Source: Octopus vulgaris (Eukaryota). Taken from it: a stretch of DNA of 64,000 nucleotides. The stretch lies in the NCBI GenBank assembly GCA_951406725.2, contig OX597831.1, forward strand, positions 74,400,001 through 74,464,000, in the 5' to 3' direction. Below the pieces are notes generated by a model. That model had not been told where the DNA came from, ran no database searches, and saw only the letters and a program-made list of their open reading frames with translations. Of the stretch, positions 42,705-55,749 are shown piece by piece (position 1 is the stretch's first letter; every line of letters begins with the position of its first letter). The position numbers and the translations under genes are program-made.

Positions 42705-42880
42705 CATTATTTACATTTGATGGATATTTGTCTTCATCTTGTTGTCAACACAACGTTTTGGTTCATATACCCTCCAGCCTTCTTCAGGTGTCTTGGGGAA
42801 ATTTCGAACTTGAGTTCTCATTCCTGAGGTATTTTTCGATGTTACCCAAGATTCCGAGTTTGATTCCAGGCAGGGACTTC

Positions 42881-42918
<38 letters not shown>

Positions 42919-43062
42919 TGATAACATCGAAAAATACCTCAGGAACGAGAACCCAGGTTCGAAATTTCCCCGAGACACCTGATGAAGGCTGGAGGGTATA
43001 TCAGCCGAAACGTTGTGTTAAGAACAAAGATGAGGATAAATATCCATCAAATGTAAATAATG
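42705..43062. mobile_element. Inverted Penelope pLTR-like pair in an IDE intron
   Basis: ~140-bp arms at 42705-42844 and 42922-43062, each containing a hammerhead motif. Confidence 0.8.
42974..43019 (+). ncRNA. Minimal type I hammerhead ribozyme (canonical core)
   Basis: GACAC-CTGATGA-A-GGCTG(GAGGGTATAT)CAGCC-GAAA-CGT-T-GTGTT; loopless palindromic stem III, as described for Penelope-associated hammerheads. Confidence 0.75.
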
Positions 43063-43346
43063 TAAATAATTCCTCATCTCTTAAATATAGAAGCTGCATT
43101 ATTACAAGAGCAGGTTACAATTTTTGTGGGGATTTACATGAAAGGTGAGGGGGGAAAATGGAGAAAGACAGTGAAATGTGATAAAAGTATAGAAAGCATG
43201 TGATAACATGAATGAAGTGGTTGCCCTGATGCAGGAAAAACTCCCAACTAGGGCCAGTGAAGGAACCCCTCAGATCCAGGATTATCCTGGCCACCAAAGG
43301 CACAAACCCTCGTCCAACTGTTGCTCTCCAATCTTCAGGCAAATGC

Positions 43347-43428
43347 TAATGATGAAAATGATGATGAAAATGATGATGAAAATGATGATGAAAATGATGA
43401 TGAAAATGATGATGAAAATGATGATGAT
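43347..43428. repeat. (GATGAAAATGAT)n 12-bp minisatellite next to an IDE donor site
   Basis: About six visible copies. Confidence 0.9.
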
Positions 43429-43435
43429 GTGTTAC

Positions 43436-43560
43436 CTTCACAGAATGTAAGAATGCTTCCATCCGTCCTTCTGCATGATCAGCAGAGTGGTCAGTCTGGA
43501 CCATCAGCAGCATTCCCTGGACCCCTCTTGACCTTCGGATACCACTGTGGACCAAGTAAC
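43436..43560 (-). CDS. IDE: IDE exon (125 nt)
   Basis: tcctag|(G)YLVHSGIRRSRGVQGMLLMVQTDHSADHAEGRMEAFLHSVK|gtaaca; matches GYIVFSGPRRANGIQG...RVEAFL; phase 1/0. Confidence 0.95.
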
Positions 43561-43789
43561 CTAGGAGAACAAATATCGATATTAATAAATGAACAAATGA
43601 CAAAACTGAAAAGAATTCAGCCTCAAGGGTCAGCATGTTGAATAACATGTAATGTAGTAAGATTGTGATGAGGAAAAAATTTCATTAATTATATGGAAAA
43701 ATGTAATTATATGGAAGCATCCATCCATTTTTCTCCACCCAAAATTGCTGGGAGGGTCATGGAGGGAGAGTCCTCAGGCACCTCCTCCT

Positions 43790-44070
43790 CCCTAAGGTCC
43801 TATCAGAAACACCCAGCATTACACTTCCAGCGGGGTTCCCAAGCATGACCAAATGACACTATGGATTTCATCCAACCCATATCATTGTTGGTCAACCCGT
43901 AGGTCACCTTCCAGTTGGTTTGGCTTGAAGAATCCGTCTTGTGATTCTGTCCTGTCACATTCTAACCATGTTTGTAGTGCTCAAATGGGAGAGACTTTAC
44001 AGATCATCCTTCCGATGAATCCTATTTCAGCCTCTTGTATTCCTAATTGTACTCTTCTGGCCATACTGGA
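43790..44070 (-). mobile_element. RTE-like LINE C-terminal remnant
   Basis: VRM*QDRITRRILQAKPTGR*PTG*P remnant. Confidence 0.55.
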
Positions 44071-44367
44071 GTAAAAATAATTTAAAGTAAAGAGAGGACA
44101 TTAAGGAATCCACAAAATGTTTTATTGAACGGAAAATCCAGATTTCATTCAGAAGGTTGCAAGTGACTCCAAGGGTCTTAGGGCCTCCACCCTGTCTCTA
44201 TGTGGTTGTTGACCTAGATAGAAACAACAGCCAAATACCCCTGAAGTCACACCCTAAATTAAAATAAGATACACTGGACAATATGGTCCTGGATATAGAA
44301 AAAGATAAGGATGGTCATGGCTGGATTTTATATATTTGAATATAAGTCTGTAACAAGTAAGAAACAA

Positions 44368-44800
44368 GGTGCAAGCATAGCTGTGTGGGTAAGATGCTCA
44401 CTTTGTAACCATGTGGTTTGGGTTCAGTCCTACTTCGTGGCCCCTTGGTCACGTGTCTTCTTTTATAGCCCCAGGCCAGCCAATCCCTTGTCAGTGAATT
44501 TGGCAGACACACACTATATGAAAGCCATTGTGCATGTGCATGCATGTGTGTTTATGCATCTTTGTGTCTGTGTTTGTCCCACACCTACTCACCCACTGGC
44601 TGACAACCAGTGTTGGTTTGTTTATGTCTTCATTATTAAGCAATTAGGCAAAAGAGACAGAGAGAGAAAGAAAAAAAAACAGACTGAAAAAGAAAAAAAG
44701 CCAAAAGCATTAGTCTACAGCTTTTTGGGATTCTTTGACTAAAACCCTTCAAAGCAGTGCCCCAGCATGGCCACAGTCCATTGTTGGAACAAACGGAAGA
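44368..44800 (+). mobile_element. SINE family A (old, diverged)
   Basis: Recognisable head, core and tail; ends about 40 bp from an IDE exon. Confidence 0.75.
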
Positions 44801-44839
44801 TAAAAGGTCAGGAGAGAATGGAATCGAGTGTAGACGCAC

Positions 44840-45007
44840 CCAGTTGTTCTTGTGTACGTAGCACGGTAAAGCAGAATTCCTTGATGACTTGGCAGAACAA
44901 TTCCAGGATCATGTTGGACTGGGTGCTCTGGACGCCGGTCTGGAGGTAGATGCCCACGGCTGAGCTGCTCCAAACATCTTGGGTCACTTTATATAAATAA
45001 TGGTCAC
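44840..45007 (-). CDS. IDE: IDE exon (168 nt)
   Basis: ttacag|(G)DHYLYKVTQDVWSSSAVGIYLQTGVQSTQSNMILELFCQVIKEFCFTVLRTQEQL+G|gtgcgt; LELFCQ and LRTxEQLG motifs; phase 1/1. Confidence 0.96.
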
Positions 45008-45259
45008 CTGTAAGGGGGAAGAAAAAAAAACAAATACAAACAACAATTAAACAGTTGCATAATGAATTCGTTACAGTAAAGGACATGGGTTTTAGTAAAC
45101 GAGGAATAAGGCTGGCTTAATTAATACCAGGATATATTGGTACTTCATTCGTCAACCCTCTGTTAATGACAAAAGGTGAAATTATAATATCAATACAGAG
45201 GCCAGTGGAGAGGCAGACGACCTATTTGGCCCCCAATGTATAGCAGGTACTTTTATTGG

Positions 45260-45486
45260 TGGCGAGCTGGCAGAAACGTTAGCACACCGGGCGAAATGCT
45301 TAGCGGTACTTCGTCTGCGTTATGTTGTAAGTTCAAATTCCGCTGAGGTCGACTTCGCCTTTCATCCTTTCGGGGTCGATAAATTAAGTACCAGTCACGC
45401 ACTGGGGTCGATGTACTCGACTTAATACCTATGTCTGTCCTTGTTTGTCCCCTCTGTGTTTAGCCCCTTGTGGGTAATAAAGAAAT
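45260..45486 (+). mobile_element. SINE family B with 15-bp TSD
   Basis: AGGTACTTTTATTGG at 45245-45259 and 45487-45501. Confidence 0.93.
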
Positions 45487-46077
45487 AGGTACTTTTATTG
45501 GCTTTAACAAGATGTAAAGCAAGGTCAACTTCCATGGGAACCGAACTCAGGACGAAGCAAAATACTTCAAGGTACTTTACCCACTGCTCCACCACAAGGG
45601 CCACAAATATTCGGGGGGGGGGGGGGGAGATTGATTAAAGACACTGCCCCCCACCCCCACCCCCATTATATACTTGGTATTTTATTGAGCTTAGATACAT
45701 GACAATTTGGAAGGAGGAGAGGAATGGTGGTCAGGGGCTTTAATTGACCTCAGTATATGTCTGGTATAGATCTTATTGGACCCAGGGACAATGAAAGGTA
45801 AAAATAGACCTTGACAGGATTTGGACTTAAAATGTAAAAGAACAATAATTAAAATACTGTGGTGAGGTCTTTTGTGAAATCAGTTTATTTCTTGTGTCAT
45901 CTACCACCACCGTCACCACCACCGCTGCCACCACCACCGTCACCACCACCACCACCACCACCACCACCACCACCATCGTCATACTGTCATAATGTAATGA
46001 AGCAGTTGGAAAATTAACCTTTATTCAAAATAAGTGCTCTGCGGCACCTTAGTTCATTCTCTCTTTCTTATTCAGAT

Positions 46078-46121
<44 letters not shown>

Positions 46122-46346
46122 ATGGCAAAGATAAACAGCCCCCAGAAAGTTCTGTTACACTTTGCTTTAACTCCTTCTCCCTTTTTCAATGAAGGAGGTA
46201 AGAGGGAGAGAGGAGGGAAGAGGCAGAGAAAGGGGATGGAGAGAGAAGGAAGAGGAGAGAGAGAGAGAGAGAGGCGTTTAAATAAACATCCCCTAGAAAG
46301 TTCTGTTACACCTTGCTTTAACCCCTTCTCCCTTTCCAGGAAAGGA

Positions 46347-46385
<39 letters not shown>

Positions 46386-46954
46386 TGGAAGGAGAGAGAG
46401 AGAGAGGGTGGCAGAGGGAAAGAGAAGAGAGGGATAGAAGGAGAAAGAGAAGGAGGGGTGGCAGAGGGAGTAGATAATCCCTTCACACACCCACCTCAAC
46501 TACTGTCTCCCTTTTTTTTCGTCAGAAAGAAAAGAGAAGGAGAGAAGAAAGGAGAGATAAACAGACCCTTTAATTAACTTGATTTCAGCTCCCTTAGCTT
46601 TTCTCCTTTATTTTTGGAGATTAGAGGGATAGGTGGAGGCGGGGGTGGGGAGAGACAGACCAACAGACGTTAGCTAACTCCTTTCAAAGAAGATTATAAT
46701 AACAGGGACAGTAACTCATACACATGTTGGCTACACCTACCTTGGAACATGTATTTATGTGGGATGTACATGTGTCAGCATACATGTGAATGTGCAGTTG
46801 GCCATTGTTTAGATGTAAGTGAAAGTGAAAGTAGCTACAAACACAGCCGTGTGTGTTTGTGTGTGTGTGTGTGTAAAAGCAACCTGACAATCATACGGAT
46901 ATAACTGGTATCCTATGAGAATTCCAGTTGATCTGATTAATGGAACAACCTTTC

Positions 46955-47552
46955 TTTCTTTTACTTGTTTCAGTCATTTGACTGCAGCCATGCTGGAGCA
47001 CCGCCTTTAATCGAGCAAATCGACCCCGGGACTTATTCTTTGTAAGCCCAGTACTTATTCTATCGGTCTCTTTTTGCCAAACCGCTAAGTGATGGGGACG
47101 TAAACACACCAGCATCGGTTGTCAAGCAACACTAGGGGGACAAACACAGACACACAAACATATACACACACATACATTCATATGTATGTTGGACAGGCGG
47201 GACAGGAGGAGGACAACTGCAGCAACACCCCACATGTACCCATCGATGTTCATGTGCAGCAACTGTACCAAGGACTGCCACTCTAGAATTGGACTGTTCA
47301 GTCACAGCAGACGCTGCACATCATCAAAGTAGGCCCCACCCTTGGCGCAACCCATTGTCTATCAAGACAGACGGGGATAAAGTAAAAAGTAATACGACAG
47401 GCTTCTTTCAGTTTCCGTCTACCAAATCCACTCCCAAGGCTTTGGTCGGCCTAAGGCTATAGTAGAAGGCACTTGCCCAAGATGCCACGCAGTGGGACTG
47501 AACCCGGAACCATGTGGTTGGTTAGCAAGCTACTTACCACACAGCCACTCCT
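46955..47552 (-). mobile_element. SINE family A interrupted by a LINE fragment
   Basis: Two halves flank the insert at about 47187-47392. Confidence 0.88.
47187..47392 (+). mobile_element. RTE/BovB-like LINE 3' end
   Basis: CSNCTKDCHSRIGLFSHSRRC zinc-finger-like terminus and short AAAGTA tail. Confidence 0.75.
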
Positions 47553-48780
47553 AATTAACATACAAGTGGCTGAATACTCCACAGACAAATGTATCCTTAA
47601 TGTAGTATTTCTCAGTGTGACACAGAATGTGACAAGGCCAACTCCTTTGGATTACAGGTACAATTCATTTTTCGCCAGCCGAGTGGACTGGAGCAATGTG
47701 ACATGAAGTGTCTTGCTCAAGGACCCAATGCACCAGCAGGAATCGAACACACGACCTTACCATCATCAACCAAACACCCGAACCACTAAGCCATGTACCT
47801 TCCACACCGCACACACAGCTTTCCCTTTAGTTGGATTTCCTTTCCATTTTGTAATCGCAGTCATTATCAATCCTCCATTGCCCTGGTGGTAAATAATTGA
47901 TTTGGCTCTATGCATTCTGTGTTCAAAACCTACCAAGGTCACATTTGCCTTAAACCCTTCCAGGGCCGGATCACATAAAATACCGGTCAGATACTGAGAC
48001 TGATCTGGTCAACCATCTGCCTCCCCACTGGCACCCCCAAATTTCTGGCCTTGTCATTATGTTGCTAATTTTACTATTGAAATTAATTGGTTAATTAGCA
48101 GAATCGTTAGAGCATCAAAAATAATGCCTGTCATATTTATTCTGGCTTTTTATGTTCCAAGACCAACTTTGCCATTCTGGGGTCAACAAAATAGCAGTTA
48201 AATACTGGGTATTGATGGTATTGACTAATGCCCTCCCCCTTAAAATTACCAACCTTGTGCCAAGAATACAAATATCAATGCTTCGTGGCATTTTATGCAT
48301 CTTTATATTTTCAGTTCAAATTCTGCCAATGACTGGCTCCCCGTGCTGGTAGCACATAAAAAGCACCATTCAATCGTGTCTGATGCTAGCACTGCCTGAC
48401 TGGCTCCTGTGCTGGTGGCACGTAAAAAGCAGCCACTACACTCTCGGAGTGGTTGGTGTTAAAGAAGGGCATCCAGCTGTAGAAGCATTGCCAGGTCAGA
48501 CTGGAGCCTGATGCGGCCTCCTCGCTTGCCAGTCCCCAGTCAAACTGTCCAACCCATGCTAGCATGGAAAACGGACGTTAAACAATGATGCTGATGATGT
48601 CGCCTTTACTTTTCATCTTTTTGGGGTCGATAAAATAAGTACCAGCCATCGATTTCCCCACCCTTCAAAATTGCTGGTCAGAGATGCACATATCGTCAGT
48701 CACTAAGGGACATGCTCAACTGGTTAAGGTCAAACAACTGACAAGCAAATCTGTGGTATTGAGCAGAATATTTGCTGTAT

Positions 48781-49054
48781 GTTATTATTATTATTATTAT
48801 TATTATTGTTATTATTATTATTATTGTTATTATTATTATTGTTATTATTATTATTGTTATTATTATTCTTATTATTATTATTGTTATTATTATTATTATT
48901 ATTGTTATTATTGTTATTATTATTATTGTTATTATTATTATTATTATTGTTATTATTATTATTATTGTTATTATTATTATTATTGTTATTATTATTATTA
49001 TTATTATTGTTATTATTATTATTATTGTTATTATTATTGTTATTATTATTATTA

Positions 49055-49086
<32 letters not shown>

Positions 49087-49129
49087 GTTATTATTATTAT
49101 TGTTATTATTATTATTATTATTGTTGTTA

Positions 49130-49161
<32 letters not shown>
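48781..49161. repeat. (TTA/TTG)n trinucleotide array
   Basis: Directly visible. Confidence 0.95.
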
Positions 49162-49359
49162 GTGGCAAGCTGGCAGAACTGTTAGCATGCTATGCAAAAT
49201 CTCGTCCGCCTTTATGTTGAGGTCGACTTGCTTTCCATCCCTTTTGGGGCCGATAAAATAAGTACCAGATGAATACTCGGATCAATTTTTGAAATCATTA
49301 TCATCATCCTCATCATCAACATATTGCTAGTAGGACTTGTGTAAATTCCATGGAATGGA

Positions 49360-49974
49360 ACTGCGACTTTATATAGCTATGGTGCGACCTCACCTGGAAT
49401 TTGCATCACCGGTCTGGAACCCCTATCTTGCCCAGGATATTTATCGTCTGGAAGTCGTTCAGCAACGTGCAACCAAGAGAATACCCTCCATCAGGCATTT
49501 GCCATATTCTGAACGCCTTACTTCCCTGGGCATGGATACATTGAAACTCCAACGTCTGGCAGCTGACTTGGCAGACACCCATAAAATTATTAACCATCTT
49601 ACTAACAATAACTCTGAGCGCCTTTTCAAACTCCACCTGTCTAACACCCGTGGACATGTTTACAAAGTCAGAAAACAGCACAGCTCCCATGACTTTCGGA
49701 AACATTTTTTCCCACTGAGAGTTGCTGAAGCATAGAACAAACTGCCAGCATCAGTTGTTAGTTGTCGGAGCACTGCATCCTTCAAAACTTCCATGCTTCC
49801 TGAGATTCGCCAACACTACACCTGATTTTCTCCCCTCCATACACACACAAGCATGTATCTGACTGATACACTGTTCACTTCACAGACATTTGTACATTAC
49901 TGCATGTGCTTTATATGCACTTTTGACAAGTTGTGGTGCACCTGAGCGCTGTATACAATAATTTCATTATTATT
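49360..49974 (+). mobile_element. CR1-clade LINE 3' fragment
   Basis: LYIAMVRPHLEFASPVWNP...LEVVQQRATK...TRGH...RKHFF.LRV; 3' UTR ends in (ATT)n. Confidence 0.9.
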
Positions 49975-49975
49975 A

Positions 49976-50137
49976 GGCGCAGGGGTGGCTGTGTGGTAAG
50001 TAGCTTGCTAACCAACCACATGGTTCCGGGTTCAGTCCCACTGCGTGGCATCTTGGGCAAGTGTCTTCTACTATAGCCCCGGGCCGACCAATACCTCGTG
50101 AGTGGATTTGGTAGACGGAAACTGAAAGAAGCCTGTC

Positions 50138-50179
<42 letters not shown>

Positions 50180-50410
50180 CTGTGTTTGTTCCCCTAGCAT
50201 TGCTTGACAACCGATGCTGGTGTGTTTACGTCCCCGTCACTTAGCGGTTCGGCAAAAAGTGACCGATAGAATAAGTACTGGGCTTACAAAAAGAATAAGT
50301 CCCGGGGTCGATTTGCTCGACTAAAGGCGGTGCTCCAGCATGGCCGCAGTCAAATGACTGAAACAAGTAAAAGAGTAAAACAAGTAAAAGAGTAAAACAA
50401 GTAAAAGAGT
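49976..50410 (+). mobile_element. SINE family A
   Basis: Full-length copy with a duplicated tail. Confidence 0.9.
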
Positions 50411-51427
50411 TTAGGAAGAATGGAGGATTTGCATTTTCATAGCATTCATAGTTTAGTTTCCTTGAAATATTCTTGATGTTCTTCATCTACATTCATTTCC
50501 TCGCATCTCCATCGATGTCTTTTCCCTCTTTTCATTACATCTTCCTCCCGTTCCTCTCTGATCTGTGCATCCTTTCTTGTGAATCCATAGTTTAGGCTAA
50601 ATTAACCCTTGTAAACAAATATCAATTTTTTAAGCAAGCAGATGATAAATAATTGCATTCATGCTTATGTGATGGTTGCTATAAAAAAATTAGTTCAATA
50701 AAAAAAAATACTTTTCACTATCAACATACCACCACCACCTGCCTCTCTCTCTCTCTCTCTCTCTCTCTCAGTAACTGCCTCCCCTGCCCATCTCTCTCTA
50801 TCTGTCTGTCTTACCCTTCAGCTAATGTTTTAGCAACACAATAAGTATTCCTTCCCCACCCCCACCGCACATCATTAACACTTCTCTCTCCCACTTTTTC
50901 ACTCTCCTTCTTCACCTCTACCTAAAGCTGACCACATGACCTTTTGGCCTAAATATATTAATATCAATCACCTTTCTTCTTTCTACCTCTCTTCTTTCTT
51001 CACTCCTCCCTCCCCCTCCTCTCGAAGTAACTAATATTTAATGGCAAACAAACAAGCAGATTATTTCTCCTGTTGTGTGGACAATGTGTGTGTGACTTGT
51101 GGTATCTTGTTGTGTGGTGTTTGTTCTTTGTATATGTGTTGTATGGGTTGCCTTATAGCAGTGAGTGGTCAATGTGTTGATTGTATGTTAGGGAGGCCAT
51201 CATCATCATCATCATCATTATTACTATTACTACTGAACTGGGAAGCTGGAGGGCTGCACCAGGTTCCATCCCAAATCAAACTGGCACCTGGTGCAGCTCT
51301 CCGCCATACAGTTCCAGCCAAACTGTTCATCCCATGCCAGCATGGAAAGCGGATGTTAAACGATGATGATGATGATGATAGTTGTTGTTAATCTCATCTC
51401 TTTTGCCTCTCTTCTCTGCTGCCTTAC

Positions 51428-51536
51428 CATCCAAGAGTTGATGTTCTCGGTAAAATCGCTGCTGGCTGTGAGGCAGTGGCTTCACCGATTTCTCTAGCAA
51501 CATGTCTTCTATCATATTCAACAGATCCAAGGCTTT
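51428..51536 (-). CDS. IDE: IDE exon (109 nt)
   Basis: ctccag|KALDLLNMIEDMLLEKSVKPLPHSQQRFYREHQLLD+G|gtaagg; matches IDE KPLLPSQLVRYREVQL; phase 0/1. Confidence 0.93.
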
Positions 51537-51844
51537 CTGGAGACGTCGCATCATCGGAACATCAGCAAACAATGGCAAGAGACAAATGGAACCGAAAAAA
51601 CAAAACAAAACAAAAAAAATTTATTAGAAATAATAAAAAAACAACAAAACAGAATACAAACAAAAACAAACAACAGGGAGAAGAAAAACTGGATGAAATT
51701 TTTGCAAAACAAAGAAAAAAGTGAATAAGAAAAATACAACATTAAAAAAAGAAGAAAAAATCAGAAAAAAATTAAAGAAAAAGTTGAACTTTTTAAGCAT
51801 TCTGATAATTTTGTCAAATGTAAAGATTGTTTTTTCACATTGCA

Positions 51845-52217
51845 GAACCAGCCACATGGTTCAGGGTTCAGTCCCACTGTGTGGCACCTTGGGGAAGTGT
51901 CTTCTACTATAGCCTCAGGCCGACCAAAGCCTTGTGAGTGGATTTGGTAGACGGAAACAGAAAGAAGCCCATCGTATATATGTATATATATATATGCGTG
52001 TGTGTGTTTGTGTGTCTGTGTTTGTCCCCTTAGCATTGCTTGACAACCGATGCGGGTGTGTTTACGTCCCCGTCACTTAGCGGTTCAGCAAAAGAGACCG
52101 ATAGAATATGTACTGGGCTTACAAAGAATAAGTCCCGGGGTCGAGTTGCTCGACTAAAGGCGGTGCTCCAGCATGGCCGCAGTCAAATGACTGAAACAAG
52201 TAAAAGAGAGTAAAGAG
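51845..52217 (+). mobile_element. SINE family A
   Basis: Near-consensus copy. Confidence 0.88.
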
Positions 52218-53032
52218 TATTGTTTTTAATTAATCCTGGATTATCTCCTTGCTTCCAGATTCTGATGATGTGATTGTATATTTTTAGAACGACATTGTAG
52301 GGTAGGTGTGAGAGGCTGGATCTGGTTGGTTTAAACATAAAACATGCAAAATATACGGGTCGGATATGGATGGCTTAAATGCTAAGGAATTCAAATATTT
52401 TAAAAAAAGAGCCAAAAAATAATAGTAAAGTCATGATCATCATCATCATCATCGTCAATTTTAATATCCATTTTTTTTTCCATGCTTGAATGCATCAGAC
52501 TATTTGTTGAGGCAGATACTTTATGACTGGATGCTCTTTCTGTCACCAACCCTCGTTTGCAATAGCATGGGATATGAGGAGAAGATACACACACACACAC
52601 ACACACTCTGACATGCATGTGTGTGTGTGAATAAGATTTTCAGAGGACAGAGAGGTAGAAAAGAGAGAGAAAGCATAATGTACTCCAAGATGCACCATGC
52701 CTGAAAAAACATAAAAAATAAACCAATAAAAAATGTGGGATTGCCATTATTGGAATGTCTTTACTCATCAAGACTGACCAGGGGTTAATCAACAACAATA
52801 ACAACATACAAACCAACAAACCATGGCAGTCTCTTAGTAGCCACGTGACCTGCTTGAAATAACAGCCAATTTCTCTCAAATCATGCTCTGATCCTTCAAA
52901 ACAAAGGGAAAATAAACCCAGACCATAGGCCTAGGTACCCAATGTGTGCACAAAAGAAGGGATGGAGGTTGCTAGATGATTGAAACAGGGTTGAGATGGG
53001 GTTCAAGGAGATCAAATGAAGCTGAGGTTTAC

Positions 53033-53124
53033 CTCTTGAGAAGTGTTTCCATAGACCAGGCCCTCAATATACATCTTCGACAGCAGTAACGGAATAAAAG
53101 CCTGCAGATCATCACAGGTGATGT
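53033..53124 (-). CDS. IDE: IDE exon (92 nt)
   Basis: ttccag|(D)ITCDDLQAFIPLLLSKMYIEGLVYGNTSQE|gtaaac; matches IDE [21 protein letters not shown]; phase 1/0. The frame differs from the listed ORF. Confidence 0.94.
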
Positions 53125-53317
53125 CTGGAAAGAGAAATGGTAAAAAATCACATTTTGGAATAAAGTCATGGTTGGGTTGACAGTTACAAGTTTACTTGAG
53201 AAGAGACAGGACCTAGGTTCAATCTCACTACACAGCAACTTCAACATGTTAGGGTCAGTTGTCCAGCACCCTAACTTGTGTATCTGGGTGTGTGAGGCTA
53301 TATAGGGGTGTGAAGGT

Positions 53318-54330
53318 AGACAGCTTAGTAGTTGAGGTATTCGGCTCATGATTGTAAGGTCACAAGTTCAATACCTGGTGGCGCAACGTGCCCTTTAGCA
53401 AGACACTTTATTTTCACATTGCTCCAGTCCACTCAGCTGGCAAAAATGAGCTGTACCTGTCATTCAACAGGGGCCAGCCTTGTCACACTCTGTGTCATGC
53501 TGAATCTCCCTAAGAACTACATTAAGGGTACATGTTTCTGTGGTGAGCTGGCAGAAACGTTAGCACACCCGGTGAAATGCTTAGCGGTATTTTGTCTGCC
53601 ACTACGTTGTGAGTTCAAAACCGCCGAGGTCGACTTTGCCTTTCATCCTTTCGGGGTCGATAAATTAAGTACCAGTTACGCACTGGGGTCGATGTAATCG
53701 ACTTAATACCTATGTCTGTCTTTGTTTGTCTCCTCTATGTTTAGCCCCTTGTGGGTAATAAAAAAATAGGTATTTCGTCTGCTGCTACATTCTGAGTTCA
53801 AATTCCACTGCGGTCGACTTTGCCTTTCATCCTTTCGGGGTCGATTAAATAAGTACCAGTTATGCACTGGGGTCGATATAATCAACTTAATCCGTTTGTT
53901 TGTCCTTGTTTGTCCCCTCTATGTTTAGCCCCTTGTGGGTAGTAAAGAAATAGGTACATGTGTCTGTGGAGTACTCAGCCACTTGCACATTAATTCCACA
54001 AGCAGGTGGTTCTGTTGATCTGTTGACCAGTGCGGGGTCATTCCGAAAAGCTCTACCTGCGACGATTTCATCTCAATCGAAGGAGAGGAGCTTTCTCCGT
54101 CCGGGTTGCGGATCCGTGGAACAAGCTGCCAGACGAGATGGTGAAGATGCCGACGACCGCTTTGTTCAAAGCCTCCCTGGACCTCAAGTGGCCTGAACTC
54201 TTTACATGAACACCACCCTGTACTTAACTCCATGTCCCCCTACATGGCCTTGCTATTTGCTTTTGAGCCAAATTAACTAACTAACTAACTAACTAACTAA
54301 CTGGAACATTCATTGTTGTAACCGATGAAG
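53318..54330 (+). mobile_element. SINE family D carrying nested family B and CR1 insertions
   Basis: tRNA-like head at about 53318. Family B double insert has TSD GGTACATGT(T/G)TCTGTGG at 53527-53543 and 53953-53969. The family D tail resumes after the CR1 piece. Confidence 0.8.
54030..54302 (+). mobile_element. CR1-clade LINE 3' fragment
   Basis: RGHSEKLYLRRFHLNRRRGAFSVRVADPWNKLP with a (TAAC)n tail. Confidence 0.85.
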
Positions 54331-55004
54331 TGTCAGTTTCTTTGGAGAGGTCAAGTCTCATGCCTGCGTGTGTGTGTGTGTGTGCTTACAGACACATGTG
54401 TGTGTTTGTGTGCACATACATGCAGGGTGTGTGTGTGTTTGTGTGCACATACATGCAGGGTGTGTGTGTGTTTGTGTGCACATACATGCAGGGTGTGTGT
54501 GTGTGTAAGCATACTTAGGCTTTCTGTGAAGACTGAGGTAAATTAAATCATGTTGCTATGGTGTCTGTCACCACTGGTCAACAGATGTCACATATGTCAC
54601 AATGTGCCATTAGATGTCAACAGGTTTCACTAAATGTCACTGAATGTCCTCTACTCATACAATAGCTGTCACATTTTCTTGAGTACAAACAGCGAAAGAG
54701 TCTTTACCCGCTAGAAATAGCAGGCAGATCTCCCTCAAATCCCACCCTGCCATCTTAGAAAAAAATACATTGAATAATGGAAGTTTATATGAACTCTGCT
54801 CAGCAAAAAAGACTGGGTGGTCACAGTGGGAATGTCTTTTCATCAAAGGTCTGCTAGATTAGGATATGTATTATATATATATATATGACTAGTCTTATGT
54901 CTGTGATCAGTATTGTGTTTATGACCAGTAATGTCTGTGACAATGTCACAAACATGTATGACCATTAACATTAATTTCTGCAATCAATATTAAGTCTGCA
55001 ACTA

Positions 55005-55200
55005 AGGCAGCAACCTGCCAGAATCCTTAGAAATGTTTAGCGGCATTTCGTCTGTCTTTACATTCTGAGTTCAAACTCCACTGAGGTCGACTTTGCCTTT
55101 CATCCTTTCGGGGTCAATAGATTAGGTACCAGTGATACACTGGGGTTGGTGTAATCGACTTACTCCCTCTCCTAGAATTGCTGGCCTTGTGCCAAAGACT
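55005..55200 (+). mobile_element. SINE family B variant
   Basis: Family B head and body with an alternative tail; ends about 130 bp from an IDE exon. Confidence 0.8.
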
Positions 55201-55326
55201 GAAACTGATATTAATTCTGTGACTAAGACATTAAGGTCTTAAGTAGCCCAGTCCACCCAGACGTAAACAAGTACCACACGGTAGGATCAGATTTTACAGA
55301 AATGAGATAGAAGACGAGTCGCATAC

Positions 55327-55447
55327 CTTCGACTGCTTCCAGCAGTTGTGTTTTGGTCCACATTTGTTCAGTCATCAAAATAGTCAGATAATACATGGTG
55401 TGTTGGTGGGGCTGCTCAGCAGCAAAGTTACTCAAAGTCCGGCTATA
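55327..55447 (-). CDS. IDE: IDE exon (121 nt)
   Basis: cag|[40 protein letters not shown]+G|gtatgc; matches IDE NFRAEQPHQHAMYYL; phase 0/1. Confidence 0.95.
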
Positions 55448-55480
55448 CTGCACAGAAAGAAACAACAAACAGACATTTCA

Positions 55481-55516
<36 letters not shown>

Positions 55517-55749
55517 TGTGTGTGTGTGTGTGTATGTGTGTGTGTGTTGTGTGTGTGTGTATTGATTCTGTCTGAAGAATTTCTAGTAGTAGACTTCTTG
55601 CACGTTTTCTTCTACATGTACAATTTTGTAACACCTATTAGCAAAGGAAACATGTGTAATGGTGAATAAACAATACGAAAAAGCATTTTCAACTTACTGT
55701 TTACATACACACACATACATGCATGCACACACACACACACATATATATA

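Noticed and set aside
46130-46340. Short duplicated segment (AAAGTTCTGTTACAC) about 150 bp apart
   Set aside because: An ordinary local duplication between (GA)n tracts with no further structure.
48684-49261. Poly-Tyr/Cys, Asn, Ile and Leu ORFs
   Set aside because: Pure (TTA/TTG)n repeat.
53029-53349. Listed 106-aa ORF as a protein
   Set aside because: The real IDE exon (53033-53124) is in a different frame.
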